Assembly: GCA_038496445.1 (NCBI GenBank)
Contig: JALMLS010000102.1
Location: 1-62,433, forward strand
Direction of reading: 5' to 3'
DNA: 62,433 nucleotides
Origin: Trichosphaerium sp. ATCC 40318
Taxonomy: Eukaryota > Protista > Tubulinea
In this document: piece after piece, positions 47,597 through 60,929 of the stretch
Position numbering within the stretch: the stretch's first letter is position 1
How the letters are laid out: each line of letters begins with the position of its first letter
The notes under the pieces: model-generated
What the model saw: the letters and a program-made list of their open reading frames with translations, nothing else
Database searches by the model: none
What the model was told of the DNA's origin: nothing
Position numbers and translations under genes: made by a program

Positions 47597-49410
47597 TTTA
47601 CTAAGCTGTTGATTGTCGCTATCAACGGCTTTGTACCCAACGGAACTTTAATATTCAAGTCAGGCCTACGAAACAGAATAAGTGAACAAGCTTGACATAT
47701 TTTGCAATTCAACCTAGACGCAGCGATTGTTGCAGCAAGAGTGCCTTTATCCTTTTTCCACCAAAATGGAATGAGAATAAGAGTAATACCTAAGATTATG
47801 TAAGTATCAATCCTTTTAGAGCCTGGTCTTACCAGCGTCTTCAATGACCTGCTTTTTGTTCTTATCGCGTAATTTTTGCAGTGCACCGGTTTCGTACGTA
47901 TGAAATCTAGTGTTTTGATAGTGCTGTTCTCCTATGTGTGCATGTAAGCATGTTTTTGGCAAACTTTTTGAAGTACCTTGATACTCAATAGCAAGCTTAC
48001 AATGTGGTGAGTATACGTCTACAGCTATCTTGATTTCGCCTCCAATACGAAGTCCATACTCTTCATACACCTCTTCGTCATTTAGTATATCTTGCGCGAA
48101 TGCACATATGAGCCTTGAGCCAAAGTGTGAGTTGAAAGTTGCATTTTTATAAAAGGAAGACAGTTATACCTTTGTGTTGCTTTTTTCTGTACAACTCCAA
48201 ATTTATCGAAATCCCACTTATGTTCTGGATAGAATGTGCCAAGCACATACTTTGGAAACAAACCAGTAAGACCCAGAGTAACACCATGTGCAAGCATGAC
48301 TTGTTCTCTTGATACACGATACCACTCATCTACTTGTTTGATCTCAAGTAGCTCCTCAGCATCTACCGTATATTAGCAAGGACCCTTTAAATTAATTGCT
48401 TTTTGCGCGTGCATTTAATAAATTCAGCTACACTCTCACTCGTGTGCCAGTATGATTTGGGTTTATTCCTAAGATACATCTCAGAAAAATGAAAAAAAAA
48501 GGTTAAAATTATGGATATCACGTGCTTGAAAAGTAACATTTTCCAGTGATAGTTAGGATACAGAGACACCATGAGTTTGGAGCATGAACCATTATATCTA
48601 TACTAAAATAAGAACCAAACAAATCAAGTTTTTTTGTAATAACCAAGGCAGTACTTATTGAGTAAAGTCGTTCCGCCATTTAACACCATCATTTCTCTTG
48701 AAATATTGTACCAGTCTTCCAAGCACTTCAGGTTATTCTTTTCAGCACACTCTTCAATCCATGTAATTTGATTCTTCTTTTCAAACCAGTAACTGTTTGG
48801 TGCAACTCTACAGGTCAGTGCGTTAGCGCGAGAACGGATTTTTTAAAAACTGTAGAAATGCTCACTTGAATTTGCTTAAATCCCATAGTACTTCTGGGTA
48901 GACATTAACAAGCATATCAGTGTAAGAACTACCATAGCTACAAAGGAATTGGTTGGTGATAGGTTTATTTTTATTGCGTACTTGTTTAGTAGCGTTTTAA
49001 TGCCTAGAGCGCTCATTTCGTAGCCCGTAGTGTTGTACCAGCCCTTCATATCGCATTTTAATTGAGTTTTCAGTATTTTGTCTAAAAAGCGTCTCTGATT
49101 GCTTAATACCTGCCAAAACCCAACAGGCTGCCCACCATCAACTAAATACGTAATCAGAAATCATTTTTAACTGTATTTATAAATACCGGAGCGTCTACGC
49201 CCTGTTCGCTTTCCAGTTACTCGTTTCATGCGTAACGTAGTTAACTGAGAGTTTTTTTGACACTTTCAAGAACAGTAAAATGACTGGTTTTTTTTGTTCT
49301 TCAAAAACTGACGGATGTTGACCGCTGTACCTTCCAATTTCCACCAATTTGGAATATCCTTTCCTCAGATTTCTGAATAACAGTGAATGGTTACACAAAA
49401 GCTGCTCATT
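47593..49410 (-). CDS. WY-repeat protein (3 repeats) with C-terminal PD-(D/E)XK endonuclease-like domain
   Basis: VAPNSYWFEKKNQITWIEECAEKNNLKCLEDWYNISR..GGTTLLNK|YNGS..LYPNYHW; VDVYSPHCKLAIEYQG|EQHY..RDKNKKQVIEDA|GITLILIPFWW. Start approximate. Confidence 0.85.
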
Positions 49411-49449
49411 GCAGTTTTATTTACTCTCGTGGCTGTTAATGCTTTAAAA

Positions 49450-51014
49450 CGCTCCGTATGTCATATTAACGTTCCTGATTATTGTTTATAACGTTGTTAG
49501 ACTAATAGGTTCGTCACGGTTAATACTTTAACCGCAAGTACCGATAGACATGCTACATGCCTAAATAGGTATTGCCCTTACGACAACTCGCTTAAAAATT
49601 AAACCTTGCCTGTTTTAGATCAATGGTGTTGGCAGAAATCTTTACAATTCAAGACTTTCAGGACGCTTATGATGCTATTGAGATTACTGGTGTTTCAACA
49701 AGACAATATTGGATTGATTTACACCGCCAAACACCTGATTATGCTCTTCCTGCTATTTGTGATGAGTAAGTTGTAAACAACGTTCTAATGTGATTGTGTT
49801 GTTAACCATGTCTCTAGTTTCAATATCACAATGGATTGTAGCTGTCAATACTGTAATATAGAACCTTCTAGTCAGGGAAATTGTAGTGCATGTGAAAGTG
49901 CATTATCCGACTTTTTATGGGAGAGGAGTAATGTCAACTTTACTGACACTGAGATCTTCCAGACCTTTTCTACGTAATTATTTGTATTGCAAGCTTTGTT
50001 TTTAATTTGTTTTTATCCCTAGAGTTTCGGGCGCACTTGACAGGCTTTGGGTTGATCTTAACCCATCTTTCGTTGCTCCGAATGACTTCCTTAATGGTAC
50101 AGAACCTGAGTTATGTGGTACTGTTGTTTTCACTACTAATATGTCTGAATTACTATTCAATGACATACTTTGCTCTACTGAAAACTTTGTATTATGTGGT
50201 ATGTAGTTTTTTATTGGTGATGAAATAGTTAATTTGTGTTTCTTAGAAATGGTTGAAGATGATGTAAATACCACCTTGTGTGGTTATACAAATGTCGAGT
50301 GCATCGACAACGGAGGAACCAAAGGCATCAATGTACTACTTCCGGCCAATAGAGACTACGTACGGATCACGTGACTTGAGTAAAATCTAATCTTTTAATA
50401 GGTTGTGGTAAGCTTTATATGTTGAACTGAATGATCCCTCTTACGTTTCTCTCTTAATATGTATTATAGAATGGATCTATATTTGTTGAGAAAACAGTAA
50501 TTAGTATCAATGAGAATAGCACTATAATTGTTCAAGGGTGCTATCTAGTTGGCGAGAATTCAACTATTTTTCTACAAGTACAAAATCCTACAGAAGGTGC
50601 TGGTGTTAACAAACTTAAAATCTGTGTTTCTGACTCGTTGCAGGCCAAGAAATAGAGTATGCTAGATTTGCATGTACTAATGAAGGTAAACATAAAATTG
50701 AAGTGGTACATCCAAACGCATGTACACGTGTCACAGGTAATACAACAAATTTCTGTAGAGCCTACTGTAATCTTTTTTTAGCTCATGAAGTATACACAAG
50801 CTCCAGGCTGTTACTTGTACTTAGCGTCAAAAGTACATGCCCTGAACCAAACTACGATGATGGGGTTCCGTTTGTTTTAATTTTAGCACCTACAGTGGCT
50901 GCTGTGGTCATTGTGCTTATTATTGTAGTTATCTTAGTACTCGTTGTACGGATTAGAAGAAAAAAGCTTGAGAAACAAGTATCAAGTGTTCACTTTGACA
51001 AGCTGGAAAATTAA
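49450..51014 (+). CDS. Cys-rich type I membrane (cell-surface) protein
   Basis: Multi-exon ectodomain with CxxC clusters and sequons; TM FVLILAPTVAAVVIVLIIVVILVLVV-RIRRKK. Start approximate. Confidence 0.65.
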
Positions 51015-51424
51015 TATCTTTCTCCTAATTAATCACTTGTCCAACAAGGTCCAGTAATATCTTAAAAAAACCACGAATGTAACCACTAAAACGTGCATCT
51101 TCGCTTCTGCAAGCCGCCATTGTGAGTGCTTTGAAAAGTAGTTTGCAATACACTTCGAAATGTTGTACTAATCCGTTCTTTGATTGGAGGCCTTTTGTAC
51201 AACATTTTTGCAGAAAACAGCACATTTTTTAGTCAATCCTGGCGCTAATCAATTTCGCAAAAAAGTTGTCCAAACCCCTTGGTAGGGAGAACAAACGGTT
51301 TCTAAGGATATCAGCAACGGATTGAAAGTCGGATAGCAATTTTTATCCGCGGGGTTTTTTTCTTCCCGTGTTTCAGTTAACCGCGGAAGTGGATATTTTG
51401 GTAATTTGTACAAGTCCACTTACG

Positions 51425-52271
51425 ATGGCAACACTCTATGCATTCCCAGTCTCCCCACCAAGCCGATTCGCCCACATGGTGGCATTACTTGTAGGCGCTA
51501 AGATCGAATACAAGGTGCCATATCCTACAGACGACGGAGCTAACAAATGCTGTTTAGAGCTTGGATATGATAGCGAAAGAACATAAATCCGAGGCATATT
51601 TGAAGATAAACCCTCTTGGTAAAGTACCAGCTCTTAGAGAAGGAGATCGTATCATTTGTGACTCCGCAGCAATAGCTAGATACTTGTGCATCAAGTACAA
51701 GAGTGACCTGTATCCTATTGATGACTTGGACGCTTTGGTTAAGGTACTAAGACAAATGTTGTCTTTTGGTTTTTGTGAACTCACTTTTTGTACCAGATTG
51801 ATAGCGCTTTCGAATCAGTTAAAGGGGATATCAAAGAATCTCTTTACAAGTACTTTCAAGAAAATTATGGTAAAGAAGCTATGTATCCGCATACACCTAA
51901 AGATGAAGAGAAAGTAAAAGAACTTGCTGACAAAATTGAACAAGAAGTAAGAATATCTGAGATATTCTAATGTTCGAATGCTTACCATGTGCTAGCTTAA
52001 GTTTTACGAGACAACTTATTTTAAACAATCAGAGTGGCTTGTAGGTACTAGTATATCTATTGCTGATGTAATGCTGGGTATATCGCTATCTCACTCTATC
52101 ATTCTTGGCAAATATCCGGCTGATAACATGCCTGATAAAGTCAAAACATTTTGGGCAAACATTCAAAAACAGGACGCTTTCAAAGAATCACATAAATCTT
52201 TTGTAGCCGTTTTAGAAACTTCTCTAAAGAGGCTTAATGCTGCTATGGAAGCAGAAGCCAACAAAAACTAA
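51425..52271 (+). CDS. Glutathione S-transferase (theta-like)
   Basis: LYAFPVSPPSR; EHKSEAYLKINPLGKVPAL; DSAAIARYL; WLVGTSISIAD. Confidence 0.92.
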
Positions 52272-52498
52272 ATGCACAGTACACCAATAAATTCAATGAC
52301 AACAGTCTTCAATCCTTACTCCTTGTTTTTTTTTTACAACAACTTTTCGGTCTTGGTGTCAGCCTTTGAACAATCTTGGTACCCGTGATTGCATAGTGTA
52401 TAAATTCAGTTTGATAGTATTGATACTTCATACTCAAAAGACTGACCATGTTGTTGAAGTACAAAGATTAACTTCTTTTTTTTTTTTGAATTTTATAT

Positions 52499-54085
52499 TT
52501 ACATTTTTACAATGACTTTGCCGTCTGTTTCTTTACTCCAAAGCATTTGTAGAGCTTCTTCACATTTTTCTAAACCTTGATATGCTTCAATATAATGTGG
52601 TACAATACCATTACTATCAATAACTTTGGCTAAATGCCCCATAGCTTCATCACCTGTTAAAAAAATGAGGTTAGCTCATATCGTACAACAATTGTTAAAC
52701 TCTATAGTCCGGACGGACCTGGCCAGAACAAACCCCAATCGTAGTGAATCTTATAATTACTATAGAACCTCCACTTTTTTGCAGCCAGTTCAGCAACACC
52801 ATTGCCAAAACCAGCAAAAAGATTACGTTGTTTGTCAACATTTTGAATCATATTACCACGTAGTGTTACATAGCATCCTTCTGGTTTTATCAAGTGTATA
52901 GACTGTTCTTCTAGGTTTGATTTACCAGCTGCATCTAATACAAAATCAAAACTCTCCTTGGGCTGAGCGAGCCAAGTCTATAAAACAAATTAAAAAAATA
53001 CAACAAACAAAGTTACTCGGATACCTGCTCTGCTCCGTCATAAGCAAATGCTTCTTTAGCCCCAAGAGCGATTGCTTGTTCTATATCACGTTCTTTACAA
53101 GTTACAGTAACAGTACAGCCCAAATGTTTTGTCAAATACTGCAATGCGAAATGACCTTAAAAAATGTGTCAAATCACATATTTTCAAAAAGGTGTTTTTA
53201 CCGACAGCACCAAAACCTCCATGTATAAGTACTTTATCACCTGGTTTTACACTTGCGCCAAGTTTATTCAAAGCACGATAAGCAGTAAGTGAGACATAAG
53301 CCATTGATGCACCTAAGCCATTCTCATTATTTTCTGACACATTGTGACACTTCACCATAATTTTATCTTTTCTTTTGTTTTAAAAAAAAACGTACTTTGA
53401 TCAAGATCTAGTGATTCTGGTTTATGGCATACAGCGAACTGAGATATAGTACAATATTCTGACATGGTACCCCCATGTAAAGGATTAGGTGCAAACCAAA
53501 CCTGATCTCCAGCCTTGAACACAAAGTCAATGCACTCGCATCAGAACATCTAAAATACCTTATAATTCCATGAATTACCTGCTTCTACAACAGTGCCAGA
53601 GCCATCGCGACCTTTACAAACTCGTAAGAATGAAGCTTAAAATTGCTAGCAATAGCTTGAAATAGAAAACTGACCTATAGTGAAGGGTAACGGGCGCATT
53701 GCTTCAAACAAGTTTTTTCCATAGCAATTGATCATCATTTGATCAAGTGGGTTCAAACTCGCTGCGTGCACTCTTTTAACGTTAGATTATCAGTATTTAT
53801 GCGAACAGTAAGCGTTTTATACGTACTTGACGAGTATTTGGTCTTTTTCGACAGTTGGGATTATTTGTTCAGTTATCGTGACTTCACCATACTTTGCTAC
53901 CTGTACTGCTTTCATTGTATTATTTGCCGTACTACAATAACGTCTTGCAACTTTGTGGCCTAAAAGACGATTATAACTGAATGTATGAGTAATAGCGGAA
54001 TGTGAGAGCGTTTTAATAGCGTACTATGTGGTTTTACGCTGACACCACTAGCCACTTGGGTTTGAGCGCGCAGCAACCGTAACAT
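52499..54085 (-). CDS. RTN4IP1: Mitochondrial MDR-family NADPH:quinone oxidoreductase (RTN4IP1-like)
   Basis: Presequence MLRLLRAQ...ARRYCST; VHAASLNPLD; PFTI|GRDGSGTVV; VSLTAYRAL; KVLIHGGFGAV|G; GKVIV. Confidence 0.75.
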
Positions 54086-54213
54086 GGTCTAAAGTGTATA
54101 TTGTTGTATCTAAAAACGCTATTAAAGTGATGTATTACTTGTACTGACCGTTCTTCTTGAACCATCCAAAGATTACATAGCGCTATTGACACCACGCAAG
54201 TATAGTTTCCGCT

Positions 54214-56343
54214 ATGGCAGAGACAAAAGAAAAGGCTGTCAGCAAAGAATGCCCATTGGAGTATGTAATGCCTCCTCAACCTACCAATATGACCGCTTTG
54301 GGCGTATGGTATACCTTGAAAGCTTTCTTAGAGGACAAAACCCAAACAATTCTTCAATTTCCAACTGACTTGGACGAATACCAACGCAAGATCGGTCACG
54401 AGTATTGTGAAGGTACAATTTTCTCGTGTAAGGTGTTTTTTCGCTCGGAGCTTACAAAAACCCAGAAATCGGCAAGTTATCACACCACAGCGAAGGCAGA
54501 TCATCAAAACGGCGATTAATCGTTAAAAAAAATGCAAAAGCCAAAGGTACAACTACAACATGGCCAATAACGTTACCCAACGCCAAAAATTGATGAAACA
54601 CCGTCCTTCTTGCTCTTCTCAAGTTTAACCGTTCACACGATTTAGCCGATTTCATAACGCTGACCTATCATCTCTGTAGGCTACAAGAAACACTTTCACA
54701 GGTTCAAGAAGCGTACTCCTGCAAAAGAAGGCTCTGTACGCTTTGTTAACTGGAACGTTGAATGGATGAACAACCTATTTGCTAGTGATACGTCCTTTGC
54801 TGTTTCAGTTTTTGATAGTACGTAACAAACAAAATTGAAGCGTTGAAACGTTACTTTTAACTGAATGAAAAAGCATTTAAATTTTTTTTGTTTGTTTTTT
54901 TGACGTTTTGATGTCTTATTTCTACTTGAGGCGAGAATAACGTTATTATCTTGGATGTTGATGAATTATGTCGTGATATTGCTGCTGTTATAAAAGAGCT
55001 TGACCCTGATGTTATATGTATTGAAGAAGGACCAAGACGAATGAAACAAATGGAGTTATTTGTTAAGACTTATTTAGATGATACTTTTGATTGCTATGGG
55101 TACCCCCGTTACAGTTGCCTTTGTGTAATCACTAAATTACATCTTAGAGGTTTAGATGGAAACTTACAAAAGGTATATACCCTCATAAAACGAGGAGGAC
55201 CTATAAGAAATGCGAGTGTTGACAGTGAATGTGATGCTTTCTTGAAAGAAAAATGGTCATTTGATTTAGAAGGTAATGAAACCACTCAGCTCAAGAGCTA
55301 CCAGTTTAGCAGAAGGCCCGTTGTCATACGTGGTGATGTACGTCCAGTAGTTTATTAAAACACTTTGAGGTGGATTGAGGTAACATGGGATTTTCTAGAT
55401 GACATTTTGTGGAAATGATCGAGAAGTTTTCTTTGTGGCGCTTCATGCCAAGTCCAAGTTTGTTGCTCAAGGTGATAAGCTATGGGCATCTACTGATGAA
55501 GAAGACCGTAATAAATTTATATCACTTGCTGTAAAGAATAGGAGGCGTATAGCTGCCGAGTGGTAAGTCCCTATATGATTTATTTTACCATAGTTTAATG
55601 TTCTTTGTTTAGCAGTAGAACCAGGAAAATGATCGACGATATTATCTTCTCTAAACATGATTGTAAGTATTTTTAATCTATTCATTTTATTCTTAGTGAC
55701 TAAATTCTCTAGCACCGCTAGTTATTGTTGCTGGCGATCTTAATGATGGGCCTGGCATGGACTTTTTTGAAGAAAAGTAATTTTTGCTCTCCGGTTGAAT
55801 CTTTAACTAAGACGCTCGTTAGGTATTTACTATTTGATAGTATTGACAAGCTCATGGGCTCTCCTTTCTATAGAAAGAAGCTTCTTCAGGCTATATTGAT
55901 CAACGACAAATTTGTTGCTGAAGAAGATCAATGGACTGTTGAATTCCAAGACTACGTTGATGGTGACAAGGTAAGGAAAACCTATTTTAGAATTTTACTT
56001 TTTTTTTCCCTTTGAATCCACTCAAGGCATGCTTTCTTATATCGTTAAGACTAAGCGCGTATTACTTGATCATATATTCATCACACAAGAAGTTGTGAGG
56101 ACGACACATGCTGTACGTTGTCTGTTAAGTTTTATTGGTTTTTTTTTTCTAATTCAAGTTAAGGCTGGTATAAGTCACGATATCTATCTTAGACATACTA
56201 AAGACTGTCATCCATCTGCTTCAAGGCAAAAGAGACCTTCAGACCATATCCCTGTCTTTTTAGACTTTGGTAATGAAGTGTTAACCGCCACAGATGATAA
56301 ACTTAAAGCGACACTAAAAAAAACAACTAGTGCTTTGTTGTGA
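54214..56343 (+). CDS. R3H domain fused to an endonuclease/exonuclease/phosphatase (EEP) domain
   Basis: R3H: FPTDLDEYQRKIGHEYCE|..LSHHSEG. EEP: NWNVEW, PDVICIEE, HAKS, VAGDLND, LDHI, SDHIPV. Confidence 0.85.
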
Positions 56344-57001
56344 GAAGTATCATGTATGCATAATGATAATGAAGCCCTATTTTTGACTCTTTGGTGGTAC
56401 ATTCCCTTTTTTTTTTTTTCTATTTTTACACATTCGGCTTTATTATTCCGAGACGGTGAGGATCTCGAACTATTTGCAAAAATAAACAGCATATGGTGGT
56501 GGAAAAGTTTTTTCCGGATTAATTTATTTGTTTTTATACGTATTTACACCCCCTCTCATTCTTCTCTTTTCGCTCAAATATGACCATTCTGTCACTTTAG
56601 TAGTTGTTATCAGTTAAATGCGTTGATTCGGCCTTAAATCATTTTATTTACGTTTTAACTGTGTCTTGTGCTTATTTTAAAGCATCTATGCTATTTTAAG
56701 AAGTTAAAGGCGCCTTCTCTTGCCAAATTAACCCGAAAAAAACGTGGCCATCAAAAAAACCCAACTTGTTGGGTTTCGATGTTCTATTTACTCGCGTAGA
56801 GGTGTAGTTCCAAAATAGTTCATGAAAAAAACGATAAGAAAGTGTTTTTTTAAGCTACGCAGTTTTTTTGTTTTTGAAAATAAGTCTTTGTGGGTAAATT
56901 TAGAGCTAGGATCGCGCTATTGGGATAAAATCTCTTCCGGCTACTTGTAGAGATAAAGGTACCTCAAAACACGCTATAAATACATCAAGAGTGTCAAAGA
57001 A

Positions 57002-60000
57002 ATGAAGCTATTCAAAAAGCGGAGCAAAAAAGACTTCAAATTACTTTCTCCTGTAGAAACTGAACGTAATAGCACACGCGTGACTGCTTTACGTGAGTAC
57101 CTCACTAAGGTAACAAAAAAAGAAACGACAAAAACACGCAAAACATTTTTTTAATAGTTTCACACTTACTAGCGCAATAAACCTATTATCTTTTTAACAT
57201 CAATCGCTTCGCGCACGTTTAAGAAACCTTTTTTTTAATTAAAACCAAAAAGAAACCGTTTCGTGCAATTCTAGACGTTTATATTCGCGACTTTAAGCTA
57301 TAAAACCTCTGATACAAGTATAGAATGTGGAATTACCGCCTCATTTACTCTCAATTCTTCTTGGCTTTCCCAAATTAACTGTAGAACATGTCAAAGGAGA
57401 AGGATGGGCAGTGTGTTTATCATGTATATATTTGCTTCATCCAGATTCATTCCACAGGCGAAGAAACCCGATTTTTGAAATAAATAAGTTAAAGTTCGAA
57501 CAACACAAGAGAGAAGGAAAGCTACCTCCCCTGCCGAATCAGCGTATCGTTGTTCAACGCAATGAAGGTGGTAGGAGGCGTAGTCAGAGCGTTGCTTACG
57601 ATCCTTCTGTGTCTGGTTCCTCTGGCCCTATGGCACGCGTATGGAACGGAAGGAGATCAATCAGTCCAACAGAGATGGATAAAACATCAGCTTTAGATAT
57701 GTTTGACGCTCAGGAAGGATTTGGAGAAAATACAAAAAACGCAGCAAACAATTTTCATATTGTTCCTAGTAGCTCCCTTGGAGACATCAGTACTAGTCTT
57801 GCATCACCAACACCACTCAAAATGCCTATATGGGATCGTATGTCTGAAGATGACTTGTACGGTTGCGCTTTCTTAACCCCGCCTTTTTGACTTTTGATGA
57901 TTTTCAGTGAAGAAAGAGGAAATTTTTTTGTTTTTTTTTTGTTTGTTTTGCCGCCTGTTTTTATTGTGTTCCTACCCTTCTCATGTTTTTATTTTTAGAA
58001 GGAGTCTACTACAAGGAAAGAACCTAAAACTCAAGTATGGCCTGCTCAAGCAAAGGAGGAGAAGGTGGTGGCATCACCGATTTCGCGAAAAAAAGGTGGA
58101 TTGCAACGTCACGTTTCGGCAAAAGATGTTTCTCCTCGTACCATTTCTACGAGGAAACAGGAGCGTCGAAGAAGTAGTCCTTTGGGGAAGACTAAGACTA
58201 GTCCACGTAGCTCGCGAAGTAGCATGGCATCTAGGCATCAGCGACCCATAAATTCAAATTCGCGTGGTTCTCCTCTCCGAAACTTGAAAAAGAGTTCGGA
58301 CAGTGTTGAGCGCAAGACTTCTAAGAGCCGTAAAAATTTGTTCTCAAAAGGCAAGAGACGTTCTAGGACAAAGAGTAGTCCACCTATGCTTATTGGCCAA
58401 CAAGTGAAACCAGACATGCCAAGGTAACTAGCGCTCATTCTTTAGAAAATTTTTTCGGGTTGTTTTTTTTGTATTTTTTTTATTCATTTGTAGGGCACAT
58501 ATGGTTGAAGAAATGATGCTTGCTGCTGTCCCAGAAGAGACAGAAGTACGAAAAAGAGCTCAGATAAAGGTATGTTAAGGTTGACGACGTTTTGAGTGAT
58601 TTAAAGTGACACGGTTTTTTTAGAAGCCTAAAAAAGCGAAACGTCGTGGGTCAGGGAAACTTCGTTTGCGATCACGTTCTTCTGGTATACCTGTTAAAAA
58701 GAGCGTTCTTCAACCAAAACCAAAACAAATCGATGTAGTCAAGTCGTCCTCTCCACCTCTTAGAGCGTCATCATCGCCTTCATTGCCTGTGGCACCGCTT
58801 GATATGACGCCTAAAAAAGCGTTGTCACACTCTTACGTGCCAATATCGCCTCTCATGTCAGCGTTTACGGATCCTCCAAACGCTATTAATCCCACAGAGA
58901 AGCCATTAGATGATTCTTTGGAAAAGGAGGATAAACTAAAGGAGCAACGAAGCATGGATACAAGAGAAGAAATTTTGAAAGCACGTGCAAGTATAGGCAA
59001 GAAGAGACCAAAATCACCACGGATAAATGACTATGAACAACACTTTTATCCTATTCGCACATTTAACTCTTACTCTGTCTTACCGGCAGCAGCAATGCGT
59101 AAGTTCTTATTCTTTCTTTTTTTTTTTTGCTAAGTTTTTTTTTACGATTAGCGGAAGATCTCATTTCTCCGAGTAATCCTCGATCTACCTTCAAACCTGT
59201 AGGTACATTAGATCATGGGTAAGGGATATATGCTATTAATTAATTAATTAATTATTGTAGGACAACGTCAAAGGTGGTGTTAGCAAGAACTAGAAAAAAG
59301 AAGAATAATAAAAGAAGGGTACCTAACTTTTTTTTTGATTTTAATTTTTTCGTAGCTTGTAGCCTTAAAACAGTTCCCAGCAAATAAGAGACGGTTTGAA
59401 AGAACTGCATTTGAGATCAAGACGCTCAAGGGCGTGAGTCATCCTAACCTAGTAAAATTTTACGATGCATTCTATTATGAAGACAAGTTAACTGTATGTC
59501 TCTTTTTTAAAGTGCTCTTGGCAACAACACAAGATGTCTAATATTATTTATAGATTGCTATGGAATATTGTAATGCTGGAAATCTAAGGCAATACGTGAA
59601 AGTGAATAGGTTTCCGCCAAAGGAGAGAATACTTGCGTACCTCATAAAGAAGGTAATGCATGCCCTAGAAATTGTTGAGAAAAAAAAGTTGTAACTTGTG
59701 TGTAGATTCTTCATGGACTCAGATACTTGCATGATGTTTGTCAATACATTCACCGTGATATCAAGACGCTTAATATATTATTAAACACGGATTGTGAAGT
59801 GAAGATTGGTACGCAAACCAGTTAAGGTTAAACCAACACATTACTGATTCATTTTGTTTTTTAAGTTGATTTTGGCATCTCTACAAAGTGCGTTTCTGGA
59901 GAGTATAAGCTTACACGTGTATCTGGTTCGCGAGTGTACATGGCTCCAGAAGTAATCGAACAGATGGCTATGGATTGAGCGTATGTTATTTTTGTACAGA

Positions 60001-60490
60001 TCCAGTAATGCTTTCTGCTCACTTTTTGTTTTTAAGGCGGACATTTGGAGTTTAGGGGCTACTATGTATGAACTCATGATGCGCAGTGCCCCTTACGAAC
60101 GTACTCCATCGTTCACGCAACTGTACAGTATTGCGACAGCAGGTACATTGTAGCATGTGTTAAGGTGGAACACGTCTAATTCTTTTGATGTTTTTAGGCG
60201 CACCAACAATATCTGAAGAAGATGCAGAGCGTTGGTCTCCCCAAGCTCTTAACTTTTTTAACAAATGTACTATATTTGATAAGACAAAACGACCAACTGC
60301 AGCTAAGCTTCTCAAGGTAAGTACAAACCCAAACTTTTGTTGTTTTTTCTCTTTTTTTCTTTTTTTTTTAAATCTAAGTTGTGTTTAGCACCCATTTATG
60401 AATCGGGCACCGAATACAATTACTCAAGATGAGTTGCTCCCAAGAGCTTATTTATGCCAGATAGCTGTGGATACCCGTCCTAGGTGGTAA
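57002..60490 (+). CDS. STE20/PAK-like Ser/Thr kinase with a long disordered N-terminal region
   Basis: VALK; IAMEYCNAG; IHRDIKTLNILL; DFG; YMAPE; ADIWSLG; KRPTAAKLLK|HPF. One apparent 1-nt frameshift near 59962. Confidence 0.88.
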
Positions 60491-60929
60491 AGAAATTTGT
60501 GGTGTTAATATATATAGCCCACAAGCGTTCCAGCGCGTTATACTTTATAAAAAATGTAAATATTTTCCCATGAGTTCAAAAAAACACAGTATTTGTACTG
60601 GTTTTTTTTCAGCATATAGACGTGTACTACAGAAAAAAAAAAGACTTTATTAAAAGAATATACCTCAATGGTTGTAGTATCTTGTTGCGGTCTTTTGTGT
60701 AACCACATGATTGACACGTGGTGCTCGTTCCAAACAATCTTGTAGAAATTGCCAAGCTTACAAATTAAAGGCCATGTTGTTTCAACCAAACAACATTGAG
60801 CTTCTACACTCAGATGCTCCTACCAGAAGAAAGTGCTGTTTGGGAACTTAATACACGTGGTTACACTTTTCAAAGACTTATTGTGACCTTAAGGACGTCC
60901 TTATTAACTAATCACGCGAAGCTGTTAAC

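Noticed and set aside
59955-59980. Kinase (and the GPCR at ~33172) as pseudogenes or programmed frameshifts
   Set aside because: These are single 1-nt deletions in otherwise intact genes. Similar indels distinguish the palindrome arms, so long-read consensus error is more likely.
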